This document shows, one piece after another, positions 1 to 12,021 of a DNA stretch of 64,000 bases. Each line of letters opens with the position of its first letter. The stretch's first letter is position 1. The stretch comes from Candidatus Magasanikiibacteriota bacterium (GTDB taxonomy: Bacteria > Patescibacteriota > Patescibacteriia > Magasanikbacterales > UBA922), in contig JBAYJP010000002.1 of NCBI GenBank assembly GCA_041665025.1, positions 691 through 64,690 of the forward strand, given 5' to 3'. The position numbers and the translations under genes were made by a program. The notes below the pieces were generated by a model. That model ran no database searches and had not been told where the DNA came from. It saw nothing but the letters and a program-made list of their open reading frames with translations.

Positions 1-2630
<2,630 letters not shown>

Positions 2631-3242
2631 ATACCACAAATATTTATATACTACTTACTTGGTAAATTGTAATGATCATTCACTCAATATCTTCCGCAAA
2701 CATTCTTTCTTTCTTACACACTATACACAACTATGATTATGTACATTGTGCAAAATAAAATTGTTCTAATAAACGTGAAAGATAAATTTTGAAACAAAAT
2801 GACCGCTTCCGGCGGTCATAAACATACAAATATGTTTTGTCTATCCGCTTGGATGCTATGAGTAACGAATTGTCATTTGGTACATCATGATGAACAGGAT
2901 AGTACTAAAGTGTTACCCAGAGGTCCAAGCATATAGAGCGTGTGTCTTTGGACGTGGTTCCCGAGTAGTCGGGAGTGATATTCACGCTCGCATATAGTAT
3001 CTCAACCTCTTATATATGTCAAGCAGAGAGATGTGGATAAGATGTGGGAAAACCAAACAGTATTTTTATGTTAAAATAACTGACTTCTATCAATGTCTCA
3101 ACTCTCATAAAATGTCCCCAAATTCACCAAATTATTCTAATTTCTAATTCACCTAATAAAATTCCAAATACCAATTTGACCTTTTAATTTTTATTAGAAA
3201 TTAGGTGAATTGTAATTTAGGTGAATTTACAATTATTACAAA

Positions 3243-3515
3243 CTAAACAATATTTAAAACAACAATAGTACTTCCTCCATGTTCTTCTAATCCAAATCTT
3301 TTTACGAGTGCATTTTGTTTCAAAGATTCATGAACTTTTTGTTTCAAAATTCCTTCCCCTACTCCGTGAATTACACGGACCTGTTGTTCTCTTTTTTTAT
3401 AAAGATAAAATAATTGTGATTCCAAAAATTCCAGAGCATCTGTTGGATTAGAATATGTATGCAAATCAATAATAGGAAGATTTTGATTGTGATATAACAA
3501 TTCAATGTCTAACAT
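3243..3515 (-). CDS. Smr (small MutS-related) domain protein
   Basis: 90 aa. Motifs IDLHTY...ALEFL and VRVIHGVGEGILKQKV are typical of the Smr domain. Confidence 0.55.
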   Translation of the reverse strand: MLDIELLYHNQNLPIIDLHTYSNPTDALEFLESQLFYLYKKREQQVRVIHGVGEGILKQKVHESLKQNALVKRFGLEEHGGSTIVVLNIV

Positions 3516-3585
3516 GTTGGTATTAAAAAACCTCTCAACGAGGCGTTAAACAAATTTTAAATTATACAAAAATCTATACCAAAGA

Positions 3586-3903
3586 CTATCTAGAATATAA
3601 CAAGACGAAAATAATTTTTCCTAAGACAAATAAGACAGAAAATACACCCAGCATTACGAGAATCCAAAAAAAATAACCCGTACCCTTTATTATCAACTCA
3701 TAGTTGCCAACGTTCTTTTTTAGTTTTTTAAATATAAGACCCACCAACGGTGGCAGACCAATTAAGGCAATAAAAAGTACTATATCAAACCAAGTTTTAT
3801 TTGCATTCAATTTATATAAAAAATAGCCAATCAGAGGAAAATAAGCCAACACCCCGATGGGAATCAAAAAACCGATAACAGTATAAAATACTTTTTTGGT
3901 CAT
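3586..3903 (-). CDS. Small hydrophobic membrane protein, hypothetical
   Basis: The ORF is trimmed to the Met of MTKKVFYTV because the longer ORF runs into the tRNA. Two or three predicted TM helices. Confidence 0.45.
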   Translation of the reverse strand: MTKKVFYTVIGFLIPIGVLAYFPLIGYFLYKLNANKTWFDIVLFIALIGLPPLVGLIFKKLKKNVGNYELIIKGTGYFFWILVMLGVFSVLFVLGKIIFVLLYSR

Positions 3904-3917
3904 AAGAAAATACAATG

Positions 3918-4001
3918 TGCGGGTGAGAGGAATCGAACCTCCACTCCCTTTCGGGAACATGCTCCTAAGGCATGCGCCTATGCCAGTTCGGCTACACCCG
4001 C
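3918..4001 (-). tRNA. tRNA-Leu (anticodon UAG)
   Basis: The reverse complement folds as a cloverleaf with acceptor stem GCGGGTG/CACCCGC. The anticodon loop CTTAGGA gives anticodon TAG. It has a long variable arm TTCCCGAAAGGGAGT and T-arm GGTTCGATTCC. No CCA is encoded. Confidence 0.85.
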
Positions 4002-4134
4002 AGATATTTATGCTTACTTAAAATCTACAAACTAATTTATCCGGCGTAGTCCCGAGTACTCGAGACGAAGACGAACGTCGGCCTTTATTTTAACGCATAG
4101 ATTAAACCATAAAAAATAAATAAAATCAAGATAC

Positions 4135-4167
4135 AAAAAGAACACCCTTTCAGATGTTCTTTAATTT
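4135..4167. repeat. 33-nt direct repeat, copy 1 (aaaaagaacaccctttcagatgttctttaattt). It contains a terminator-like hairpin GAACA-N-TGTTC.
   Basis: Identical to 8406-8438. Confidence 0.8.
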
Positions 4168-4174
4168 CCAAATT

Positions 4175-5629
4175 TTAGGATTTAATGACTGTCACAGTAT
4201 TTTGGTCAGCATTAATCTCGACATTATCTCCATCTTTCAAAAAAGTCGTCGCAAATTTTGTTCCAACTATGCAGGGTATACCGAGTTCGCGTGAAATGAT
4301 AGCAGCATGGCACATTATCCCTCCCTGGTCAGTAATAATTGCGCCGGCCATTCGCATGGCAGTAATATATTCAGGACTAGTCATAGTGGCTACTAACACC
4401 TCCCCCTTCTTCATATTTTTTATTTCTTTTGAATCTCTTATGATATGAACTGTTCCTCTATACAAGCCAGGAGAAGCAGTAGTTCCTAAAAGCGTTGCTT
4501 CCCTCTGTTGTTCTTTTTTTACATGGCGTGATACATATGATTTTGCTTTATTCCCTACAAGCATTTTCACGGCATCATCTTTAAAAATAAACAGGCTATT
4601 TTGTCTACGTTTTTTTAGTTCACTTTCTTCAGTAAAATTTTGTTGCAGAAGTGCTCTTTCCAGTTCTTCAGGGAGATAATATTGCATGAGATCTGTCGAG
4701 GTATGTACGCGTAGAGCTATTTCAGACAACATACGAGCCATATGATAATGGACGATGGTAAATAATTTTTTCTTATGATCCTGCAAATAAACTGCACGGC
4801 GTAAACTACCAAACAATATACTATATTTTTCTTCAATTTTGTATGTTTGTTCTATTTCTTTTTGTCTTTTTTCTAAACTTTTAAAGTAATTTTTACTTTC
4901 AAATAATCGTCGCTCCATCTCATCTTGTTTTAGTAATCTATCCAAAATAACAGAAAAATATTTTTTATCCCACAGATCAAGCCCGTAATCGTAGGGCACC
5001 CAAGAATATGCTTGTTCGTGTTTTGTTATTGCTGCATCAATATTTTTTAGCCGTTTCTTTTTAATCTCTATTGCTATACGAAATAGGTCATCCTCTTCTT
5101 CTTTTGCAAATGACTTTTCTTTCGAAGCAGTCAATACAGAGAAAATAAAAGAGGCTCTCTCCTTATCATAAAAGTTCTCTGCTAGATACTGCTTCAGATA
5201 TGTCCCCAATGACTCTTCGAGACCAATCACTACGGGTTCACTCCAAGCATATGCGTCGGTATACAATGTTATGTGCCGAGAAAATAATTTCCATAGTTCA
5301 TGATTATTTTTTTTGTGTACATCAGTTTTGTATAAGAAAGCTGCGTGTGCACTTAATTTTTCCATTTTTTGATCATATGTCTTTATGGCAAAATCCAAAA
5401 AATTCCTACGTTTTATAACCAGCGCCAAGCTATGCTGTGCCACTTTTCGTACATATGTCTGCGAAGCATACCAATACATCACGCCATCTATATATTGGAC
5501 AAGCGTGGGACCAAACGATATACCAAGAGATTCGTGCATCTTTTTGCAATATGACTGGGCGATGATATATGCATGTGGGATAAGGTGAATGCCTTCTTTC
5601 CGTTGCATGAAAATATAATCTTTGTTCAT
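4175..5629 (-). CDS. Protein with a C-terminal PEP-utilizing mobile (phosphohistidine swivel) domain and no ATP-grasp domain
   Basis: The C-terminus GEVLVATMTSPEYITAMRMAGAIITDQGGIMCHAAIISRELGIPCIVG is the PEP-utilizers signature. The N-terminal ~380 aa match nothing I recognise. Confidence 0.7.
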   Translation of the reverse strand: MNKDYIFMQRKEGIHLIPHAYIIAQSYCKKMHESLGISFGPTLVQYIDGVMYWYASQTYVRKVAQHSLALVIKRRNFLDFAIKTYDQKMEKLSAHAAFLYKTDVHKKNNHELWKLFSRHITLYTDAYAWSEPVVIGLEESLGTYLKQYLAENFYDKERASFIFSVLTASKEKSFAKEEEDDLFRIAIEIKKKRLKNIDAAITKHEQAYSWVPYDYGLDLWDKKYFSVILDRLLKQDEMERRLFESKNYFKSLEKRQKEIEQTYKIEEKYSILFGSLRRAVYLQDHKKKLFTIVHYHMARMLSEIALRVHTSTDLMQYYLPEELERALLQQNFTEESELKKRRQNSLFIFKDDAVKMLVGNKAKSYVSRHVKKEQQREATLLGTTASPGLYRGTVHIIRDSKEIKNMKKGEVLVATMTSPEYITAMRMAGAIITDQGGIMCHAAIISRELGIPCIVGTKFATTFLKDGDNVEINADQNTVTVIKS

Positions 5630-5634
5630 AGAAT

Positions 5635-7122
5635 TTAATTATTATTTTGTGGAGTTAGAATTCGTACTGTACCATGATTGGCTCGCACGGCCACAATATC
5701 ACCAGTTTTAATTTGGGTAGTGGCAGTATGAGTATTTATTATACATGGCTTACCAGCCAAGCGAGCGTTAATAGCCGCATGACAGAGCATACCTCCCGCA
5801 TTGGTCACTATAGCTCCAGCTTTTTTTATAATTTCCAACATACTATCATCAGTCATTTCTGCAATTAAAATTTCTCCAATTTGAAACTTTTTTATATCTT
5901 CTTTTTTTTCTATCACCCGAGCAACCCCCTGGGCATAACCCTGGGCTCCAACTTTTCCTGCTACTGAATGGCCTAGTTCACTTTGTTGTAAAATTTCCTG
6001 TAATTCTTCATAGACTTTTTTAACCTCTGTTCCTTCAATTATTTTATAATCTTTGCCTAATATAGAAAGCAATAGACCCTGATTAAAACGATTTTTCAAA
6101 GTATGTTTTTTAATCAGACCATGCAACAAATTATCCAATTCTTCAAAAGTTAAAAAATATAAAAAATTTGCTTCTACTCCGGTAGTTTTTTCCAATCGTT
6201 TAAATAATTTATTCCACAATTCTTGAACTTGCACATTTACTGTCTGTCGATATTCACGCCATTGTCCCAACTCTTTGAAAAATTCCAAAGGATCCACACT
6301 TAATTTATATTTTTTCAAAATCGTTTTAATAAGCTGGCGATGTTTTTTGGCACGCGCCATTCTCTCTTTGGTCTGCAAGCTTTTGTCCAGAATATTTTCG
6401 CTGGTTAAAAGTTCCGCAATTTCTGCTTGAGTAAAATTATAAATCTTACCAATCCGCGCTACTTCTTTATTATCAAATCCCAAATCAAAGCTATCAATAA
6501 AAATTGCCGTGGACCAAAATTTTTCCAAAGTATTTTGCCACTGCTCCAAAAAATTCAACAATTCGTTAACACCCCATTCTAATGGAAAACCAGTTGCGTA
6601 TTCCTGGCAAAACGCTTCTACCTTTTTCCCATAATCAAAAAAACTTTCTTTTAACTCAAAATGTCGCCGACTTAATTCTCCATATTCTTTATAAACCGCC
6701 TCTGCCATTTCTGCAAATGAGGAAGTAGTATGCCAAAAAACTTCACACACGCCATTTTTAAAATAAACATCGCAAGTGCCCAATCCTTCATCAAAAAATT
6801 TTGGATTAGGATGAATAATGCCAGCAATTCTGGGCCAAAAAATTATAGGACTTAAAGTCAGTATCTGACGATACATTTTGGGGGTGCTTTCTTCATTTTG
6901 TTTGGGTTCAAATTCTACAATATCAGTAATATTCAATCCGTAGCGTTCACAAATCCGATCCAGAGTAGAAAACCATACCCCCTCAGCCTCACCATGATAC
7001 AAAGCTGTAATCGTGTTGCGATTGATACCAGTTTCTTGGCTAATCTCAGAGATATTTTTACCCAATTTTTTCGCTATAGTATGTATTTTTAACTTAATCA
7101 TAATGTAAGTGTTTATAATCAT
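5635..7122 (-). CDS. HTH (XRE-like) domain fused to a protein with a C-terminal PEP-utilizing mobile domain; paralog of 4175-5629
   Basis: The N-terminus IHTIAKKLGKNISEISQETGINRNTITALYHGE is a helix-turn-helix. The C-terminus ILIAEMTDDSMLEIIKKAGAIVTNAGGMLCHAAINARLAGKPCII is the swivel phosphohistidine motif. Confidence 0.7.
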   Translation of the reverse strand: MIINTYIMIKLKIHTIAKKLGKNISEISQETGINRNTITALYHGEAEGVWFSTLDRICERYGLNITDIVEFEPKQNEESTPKMYRQILTLSPIIFWPRIAGIIHPNPKFFDEGLGTCDVYFKNGVCEVFWHTTSSFAEMAEAVYKEYGELSRRHFELKESFFDYGKKVEAFCQEYATGFPLEWGVNELLNFLEQWQNTLEKFWSTAIFIDSFDLGFDNKEVARIGKIYNFTQAEIAELLTSENILDKSLQTKERMARAKKHRQLIKTILKKYKLSVDPLEFFKELGQWREYRQTVNVQVQELWNKLFKRLEKTTGVEANFLYFLTFEELDNLLHGLIKKHTLKNRFNQGLLLSILGKDYKIIEGTEVKKVYEELQEILQQSELGHSVAGKVGAQGYAQGVARVIEKKEDIKKFQIGEILIAEMTDDSMLEIIKKAGAIVTNAGGMLCHAAINARLAGKPCIINTHTATTQIKTGDIVAVRANHGTVRILTPQNNN

Positions 7123-7270
7123 ATTATGGCATATTTATATAATTTTGTCAATATTACACAGTTTTTGTATGGACTATATTACAAAATTAACCTATTTATC
7201 CTTGAAACTTTTAGTGATATATGATAACTTCTCTAGTTCCACCCAATGGACGGGTGGCCGGAGAGAAAAT

Positions 7271-7816
7271 ATGGAAGCTCTGATCATGGCGATCGTGGCC
7301 CTCTTGGGCCAGAGCAGGGGCGAACGGGACCTCAACAAGATTCTGGTCGGGGCAATCGTCAACTACCTGGAGGCTCGGTGCTACCGCACGCTCGAAGACC
7401 TCAAGCGCGCCAACGAGACGCTCATAACCTCGCACAAGGAAATGCGCGAGGCAGAGGGAAGGGCTACGGCAGCAGAGAGGGCTGACGAAAAAATGCGCCG
7501 GCTCTCAAAAAGAGTCGATAAGGCATACTCCCAAATGTTCGAGGCCATGAAGGCGTGCGCTGCTGTCGGGAACCCCGACGAGGGACCCGAGAGGGACAAG
7601 CTTCGGAGCACAACCACGGTGCATTTCCGTATTAGCAGAAAGCTCGGTGACCTGGAAAAGGAAATGGAAGCAGCACCAGAGTTGCTAAAACAGGCCACCA
7701 AAAAATGGGAGGACGCCAAAAAAAGGAAAGGAGATACAGAGGCACGTCTCGAACGTGCCCAGACGGCACTGCGGCATGGGCAGGCCGTCAGGGACTTCCT
7801 GGAGTCCCCTGAGTGA
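7271..7816 (+). CDS. Hypothetical coiled-coil protein, first gene of GC-rich islet 1
   Basis: The start was set at MEALIM, which is preceded by GGAGAG. The upstream part of the longer ORF is AT-rich low complexity. The gene is visibly GC-rich against AT-rich flanks. Confidence 0.5.
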   Translation: MEALIMAIVALLGQSRGERDLNKILVGAIVNYLEARCYRTLEDLKRANETLITSHKEMREAEGRATAAERADEKMRRLSKRVDKAYSQMFEAMKACAAVGNPDEGPERDKLRSTTTVHFRISRKLGDLEKEMEAAPELLKQATKKWEDAKKRKGDTEARLERAQTALRHGQAVRDFLESPE

Positions 7817-7931
7817 CCTTCACGTCGGAGCGGAATTCAACATCCGCCGCAACCAACGCTTCGCTCCGACACATTCGTTTCTTTAAAAACAAAGACGCGA
7901 GTGCAAAATAGCGAAGCGTTGAGATATAAAA

Positions 7932-7960
7932 AACACTGCCCATTACGGCGGTGTTTTTTC
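7932..7960 (+). terminator. Rho-independent terminator
   Basis: Stem cactgcc, loop cattac, stem ggcggtg, then TTTTTT. Confidence 0.6.
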
Positions 7961-8053
7961 TCAATTTGAAAATATGAATATCTTCACAGTCTCAAATCGA
8001 ACGGTGTGGCCTCCAACACACCTTGTTGCTCCCACCTTGAAAGACATTCTTTT

Positions 8054-8344
8054 TCATTGAACCCTCCAACCCTCACGGACGTCGATGCTGTCGCCAGCAT
8101 CCAACTGGCGGAGAACTTCCACGAGCGCGTCCCGAATCGTCAGAAATAGAAGCATCGGCGTGTCTGCCGCGACATCGTCGCCGAAGACATATTCGCCTCT
8201 ACTTTCGAGCATCGCCTGCAGAAGCAGGCGATATGTCCTTGTGCCCGTTTTGTAACCGGGCATGATTGAGATGCCACCCCCTTCTTCGCTGACTACGAAG
8301 AACGTTGCCTGGTTCGGAAGAGCCAAAAACTCTTGAACGGTCAT
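8054..8344 (-). CDS. Hypothetical 96-aa protein, GC-rich islet 1
   Basis: A GGAGGTGA Shine-Dalgarno precedes the ATG on the minus strand. GC-rich. Confidence 0.5.
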   Translation of the reverse strand: MTVQEFLALPNQATFFVVSEEGGGISIMPGYKTGTRTYRLLLQAMLESRGEYVFGDDVAADTPMLLFLTIRDALVEVLRQLDAGDSIDVREGWRVQ

Positions 8345-8405
8345 TGCTATTCACCTCCGTTGCGATTGTAAAATATAATAACATTTCGTATCTTTTTGGT
8401 CAACA

Positions 8406-8438
8406 AAAAAGAACACCCTTTCAGATGTTCTTTAATTT
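8406..8438. repeat. 33-nt direct repeat, copy 2; doubles as a bidirectional terminator downstream of pnp
   Basis: Identical to 4135-4167. Confidence 0.8.
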
Positions 8439-8493
8439 ATAATTTCCAATTTCTTTTTCCGCCTGCCACGTTCTACGTGGTGTCTCCGTGTTT

Positions 8494-10749
8494 TTATCGG
8501 TCTCGTCTAAATCCCCCGCCTCTATTTCCTCCACCACTATTTCCTCTAAACCCACCTCCACGTCTGTCAGATGAACCAGAAGCACTATGACTTGGCTGAT
8601 CTACATATCCTTCTGGCTTTGGTTTCAAGAGTTTCATGGATAAATTCACACGACCGAGTTGGTCAATTTCTTTTACTTTTACTTTTACCATGTCGCCAAT
8701 CTTCAATATATCAGAAGGCTTACCAACGCGTTCCCATGCAATCTCACTTACATGTACCAATCCATCTTGGCCTGGCAAGATTTCTACAAACGCGCCAAAA
8801 TCTTCCAAGCGAGACACTTTTCCTTCAAATTCTTCGCCTGCAGTGACTTCATGAGTCAAATCTTGAATCATCTTAACTGCTTTTCTCATTCCTTCTGCAT
8901 CGTTTGAAGTCACCATCACACGGCCATCTTGTTCAATGTCAATTTGAACACCGGTGTCTTCAATAATTTTATTGATAACTTTTCCACCAGGACCAATAAC
9001 GGCACGAATTTTTTCTGGATTGATTTGAATAGTTTCAATGCGTGGAGCATATTGGGATAATTCTTTGCGAGGTTCTGCAATAGCAGAAGCCATAACACCC
9101 AAAATCTGCAAACGCGCTTCACGAGCTTGTTTAATTGTCTGTTCAACGATATCCCATGTCAAACCATGTGTCTTGGTATCCATTTGAATCGCGGTAATAC
9201 CATCAGCTGTTCCAGCGATTTTGAAATCCATTCCTCCAGGACCATCTTCGACATCTTGCAAGTCAGTCAATACTTTCCAATTTTTTTCATCTGACGCAAG
9301 TCCCATAGCAATACCGGCAACTGGTTTTTGAATAGGTACGCCTGCTGCCATAAGTGACAATGTTGAACCGCATGTTGATGCCATAGAGCTCGATCCATTT
9401 GAACCCAACACTTCGGACACCACGCGAATGGCATAAGGAAAATCTACTTCTTTTGGCAAAACCGGTTCAAGAGCTCGCTCTGCCAAAGCGCCATGCCCAA
9501 TAGCACGACGACTTGGTCCACGCATAGGACCTGCTTCGCCATACGTATATGGACCATCGTTATAATGATGCATGTAACGTTTCTTTCCTTCTTCTTCCAT
9601 GGTATCAAGCGTCTGCACATCACCAGGAGCTCCAAGAGTTACGACAGACAACACCTGTGTGTCTCCACGCATAAACATGGCAGAACCATGCACGCGAGGA
9701 AGCATATCAATACCCACTTGAAGTTCACGAATGTCTGTGAGCTTTCGTCCATCCAAACGCTCAGTCTTACTCAAGATGCGTGCGCTAATTACCTCAGACA
9801 CATATTGCTTGATATTTTTTAATCCAGCTTTGTGTGTGTCTGCTTCAAATCCTTTTTCTGTAAGATATACCTTCAACTGTTCTTCAAATTTAGTAAGCAT
9901 GGTATTGCGTTCATCTTTTGAAACTTTTGGCGCGTCAAAAATCATGTCATCAGTATGATCAATAATATATTTCTTTACTGCTTGGCGAACTTGTTCCTCC
10001 ACATTGTCTTCAATACCTTTCACATCATCTGCAATAGCAGGCAATGCAATTTTTTCTTTTCCCACTTCTTTTTGAATTTTTGCAATCAAATCAATAACAG
10101 GTTTCAATTCCTTACATCCCCATTTCATAGCGTCAAGTGCGATAGATTCTGGAACTTCGTATGCACCAGCCTCTACCATGACTAACTTTTCTGGTGTACC
10201 TGCAACAACCAAATCAAGCTTATTATTTTCTTCTAACTCTTTGGATGTAACATTCAAAATAAATTCACCATTTTCTGTTTGACCAATACGTGCTGCTGCT
10301 ATTGGACCATTCCATTGGATGGGTGAAATAGCCAATGCACAACTGGCGGCAACAAGCGCAGTAACCGCGGCGTCATTTTCTCCGTCAACTGACAGAGCAG
10401 TAACCACAACTTGGACATCATTACGAACGCGTTCATCAAACAAAGGACGAATTGCGCGGTCAATTAGACGTCCCGCGAGAATTGCTTCGTCACTTGGTCT
10501 ACCTTCACGTTTGATAAATCGGGATCCTTTTATTTTCCCTGCGGCATACAATTTTTCTTCAAAATCTACCATGAGTGGAAAATAATCTATTCCATCACGG
10601 ATATTTTTACTCTTGACAACGGTTGCTAAAATCGTGGTGTCTCCATAACGGACAACACAAGAAGCTTGTGCCTGAAGCGCAAGTCTGCCGGTCTCGATGG
10701 AGAGAGTTCGTCCACCCCATTCGATAGACCACTGTTTTGGTTGAAGCAT
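8494..10749 (-). CDS. pnp: Polynucleotide phosphorylase
   Basis: 751 aa with two RNase PH domains, KH and S1 domains, and a C-terminal RGG-rich tail. Confidence 0.95.
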   Translation of the reverse strand: MLQPKQWSIEWGGRTLSIETGRLALQAQASCVVRYGDTTILATVVKSKNIRDGIDYFPLMVDFEEKLYAAGKIKGSRFIKREGRPSDEAILAGRLIDRAIRPLFDERVRNDVQVVVTALSVDGENDAAVTALVAASCALAISPIQWNGPIAAARIGQTENGEFILNVTSKELEENNKLDLVVAGTPEKLVMVEAGAYEVPESIALDAMKWGCKELKPVIDLIAKIQKEVGKEKIALPAIADDVKGIEDNVEEQVRQAVKKYIIDHTDDMIFDAPKVSKDERNTMLTKFEEQLKVYLTEKGFEADTHKAGLKNIKQYVSEVISARILSKTERLDGRKLTDIRELQVGIDMLPRVHGSAMFMRGDTQVLSVVTLGAPGDVQTLDTMEEEGKKRYMHHYNDGPYTYGEAGPMRGPSRRAIGHGALAERALEPVLPKEVDFPYAIRVVSEVLGSNGSSSMASTCGSTLSLMAAGVPIQKPVAGIAMGLASDEKNWKVLTDLQDVEDGPGGMDFKIAGTADGITAIQMDTKTHGLTWDIVEQTIKQAREARLQILGVMASAIAEPRKELSQYAPRIETIQINPEKIRAVIGPGGKVINKIIEDTGVQIDIEQDGRVMVTSNDAEGMRKAVKMIQDLTHEVTAGEEFEGKVSRLEDFGAFVEILPGQDGLVHVSEIAWERVGKPSDILKIGDMVKVKVKEIDQLGRVNLSMKLLKPKPEGYVDQPSHSASGSSDRRGGGFRGNSGGGNRGGGFRRDR

Positions 10750-10930
10750 ATCAGCTTATAGTTATGGCTGATCTTGATACGATAGACCCATATGGATCTA
10801 GGTGTCTCAAGACCAACTCTGGTTAATAATTTATAATTTCAAATTTTGAATTTTAAAACAATTTTAAATTCTAAAATTTTTTAATTCGAAATTGTTTCGA
10901 AATTTAAAATTCAAAATTCAAAATTTTGTC

Positions 10931-11497
10931 TTATCTTTTCACATTTCTCCTACCGCCGAGCATTCCATCTCCAATAAGAAACTTACTTTTGTCTTCCGAT
11001 AGATCAATAAAATCATCCGCTTCTTCTTTCATCTTGCCCGATGCAGTTTCTCCAAATGCCACGACTTCAACTTGTTTGCCCATACTTTGTAAATAGTCTA
11101 CGAGAGGCAAGTAATCTCCATCGCCAGAAACAATGACAATTGCATCCAAACTCGGAGACAAACGAATTGCGTCAACTGCAAGCCCGACATCCCAATCTGC
11201 TTTTTTCATTCCCGTGTTGAATATTTGCAAATCTTTTTCATGCGTCTCTATGCCCAAATTGTACAAGGCTTCAAAAAAAGGCTGTTCTTCTTTGCTTTCG
11301 GTGCGCACAACATAGGCAATCGCGCGAATCAACTTCCTACCTGCGACTGCTTCTTTTACAATATTACCAAAATTAACTTTCTTGCCAAATAAGTTTTTGG
11401 CAGAATAATACATATTCTGCACATCGATAAACACCCCTACGCGTTGGTCGGGGTGTTTCAAAGGATGATTTCTGTGTAGATTATTTTTCATCTTCAT
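10931..11497 (-). CDS. NYN/LabA-like (YacP-type) domain protein
   Basis: Motifs VGVFIDVQNMYY...DWDVGLAVDAI...IVIVSGDGDYLPLV. The start is uncertain; several Met codons overlap the end of rpsO. Confidence 0.7.
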   Translation of the reverse strand: MKMKNNLHRNHPLKHPDQRVGVFIDVQNMYYSAKNLFGKKVNFGNIVKEAVAGRKLIRAIAYVVRTESKEEQPFFEALYNLGIETHEKDLQIFNTGMKKADWDVGLAVDAIRLSPSLDAIVIVSGDGDYLPLVDYLQSMGKQVEVVAFGETASGKMKEEADDFIDLSEDKSKFLIGDGMLGGRRNVKR

Positions 11498-11849
11498 TGG
11501 TATTAGCATCTGCCTCATCTGCATGCGCTCCCTCTATCGCCTCTTCAATTTCCTCAATGTCTTCTTTTTCAATATATTGTTTTGCTTGTTTTAGGTTGAG
11601 TTTTTTCACAAGTTCCTCATACGAGGCGGCATTCTCGCGCTGTAAATATTTGAGTAATTTTCTGCGTTCTCCTACTTTTCGGAGAAGTCCACGGCGTGAT
11701 GAATGATCTTTGTGATGTTTCTTCAAGTGTGAAGCAAGTTCTTCGATTTCGGCAGTGAGAATAGCTACTTGCACTTCTACTGAACCGGTATCTCCCTCAT
11801 GAACTTGGTACTTCTTAATGAGACGCTGTTTTTTCTGTTTTGCGAGCAT
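11481..11849 (-). CDS. rpsO: Ribosomal protein S15 with an acidic C-terminal extension
   Basis: Typical S15 core (LTAEIEELASHLKKHHKDHSSRRGLLRKVGERRKLLKYL) followed by an E/D-rich tail. Confidence 0.85.
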   Translation of the reverse strand: MLAKQKKQRLIKKYQVHEGDTGSVEVQVAILTAEIEELASHLKKHHKDHSSRRGLLRKVGERRKLLKYLQRENAASYEELVKKLNLKQAKQYIEKEDIEEIEEAIEGAHADEADANTNEDEK

Positions 11850-11968
11850 ATCATGCGAATATTTAACGGGCGCATCGTGGGCATGTCCACTATGGTCCGC
11901 TCCCTAATGGGAAATAGATAAAGCGAAATGAGTATAACAAATGGGAGTGACTATGTCAATATCAAACA

Positions 11969-11995
11969 CAAAAACGCCGTACTGAGGCGTTTTTG
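11969..11995. terminator. Bidirectional terminator hairpin
   Basis: aaaaacgccgtactgaggcgtttttg. Confidence 0.55.
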
Positions 11996-12021
11996 TAATA
12001 TTATACTATGGCATGTCTATT

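Noticed and set aside
2631-3240. A 600-nt non-coding region upstream of the 23S 5' end: a possible rRNA promoter and processing stem, and the place to look for a 16S gene
   Set aside because: No 16S-like conserved motifs were found, and I could not pin down promoter boxes confidently. I did note a terminator-like hairpin at ~2800-2825 (gaccgccggaagcggtc + T-run on the minus strand).
7109-7270. The N-terminal 54 codons of ORF 7109-7816 (MFIIILWHIYIIL...)
   Set aside because: This is AT-rich low-complexity sequence upstream of a clear RBS+ATG at 7271. The composition switch happens at ~7240, so the true start is taken as 7271.
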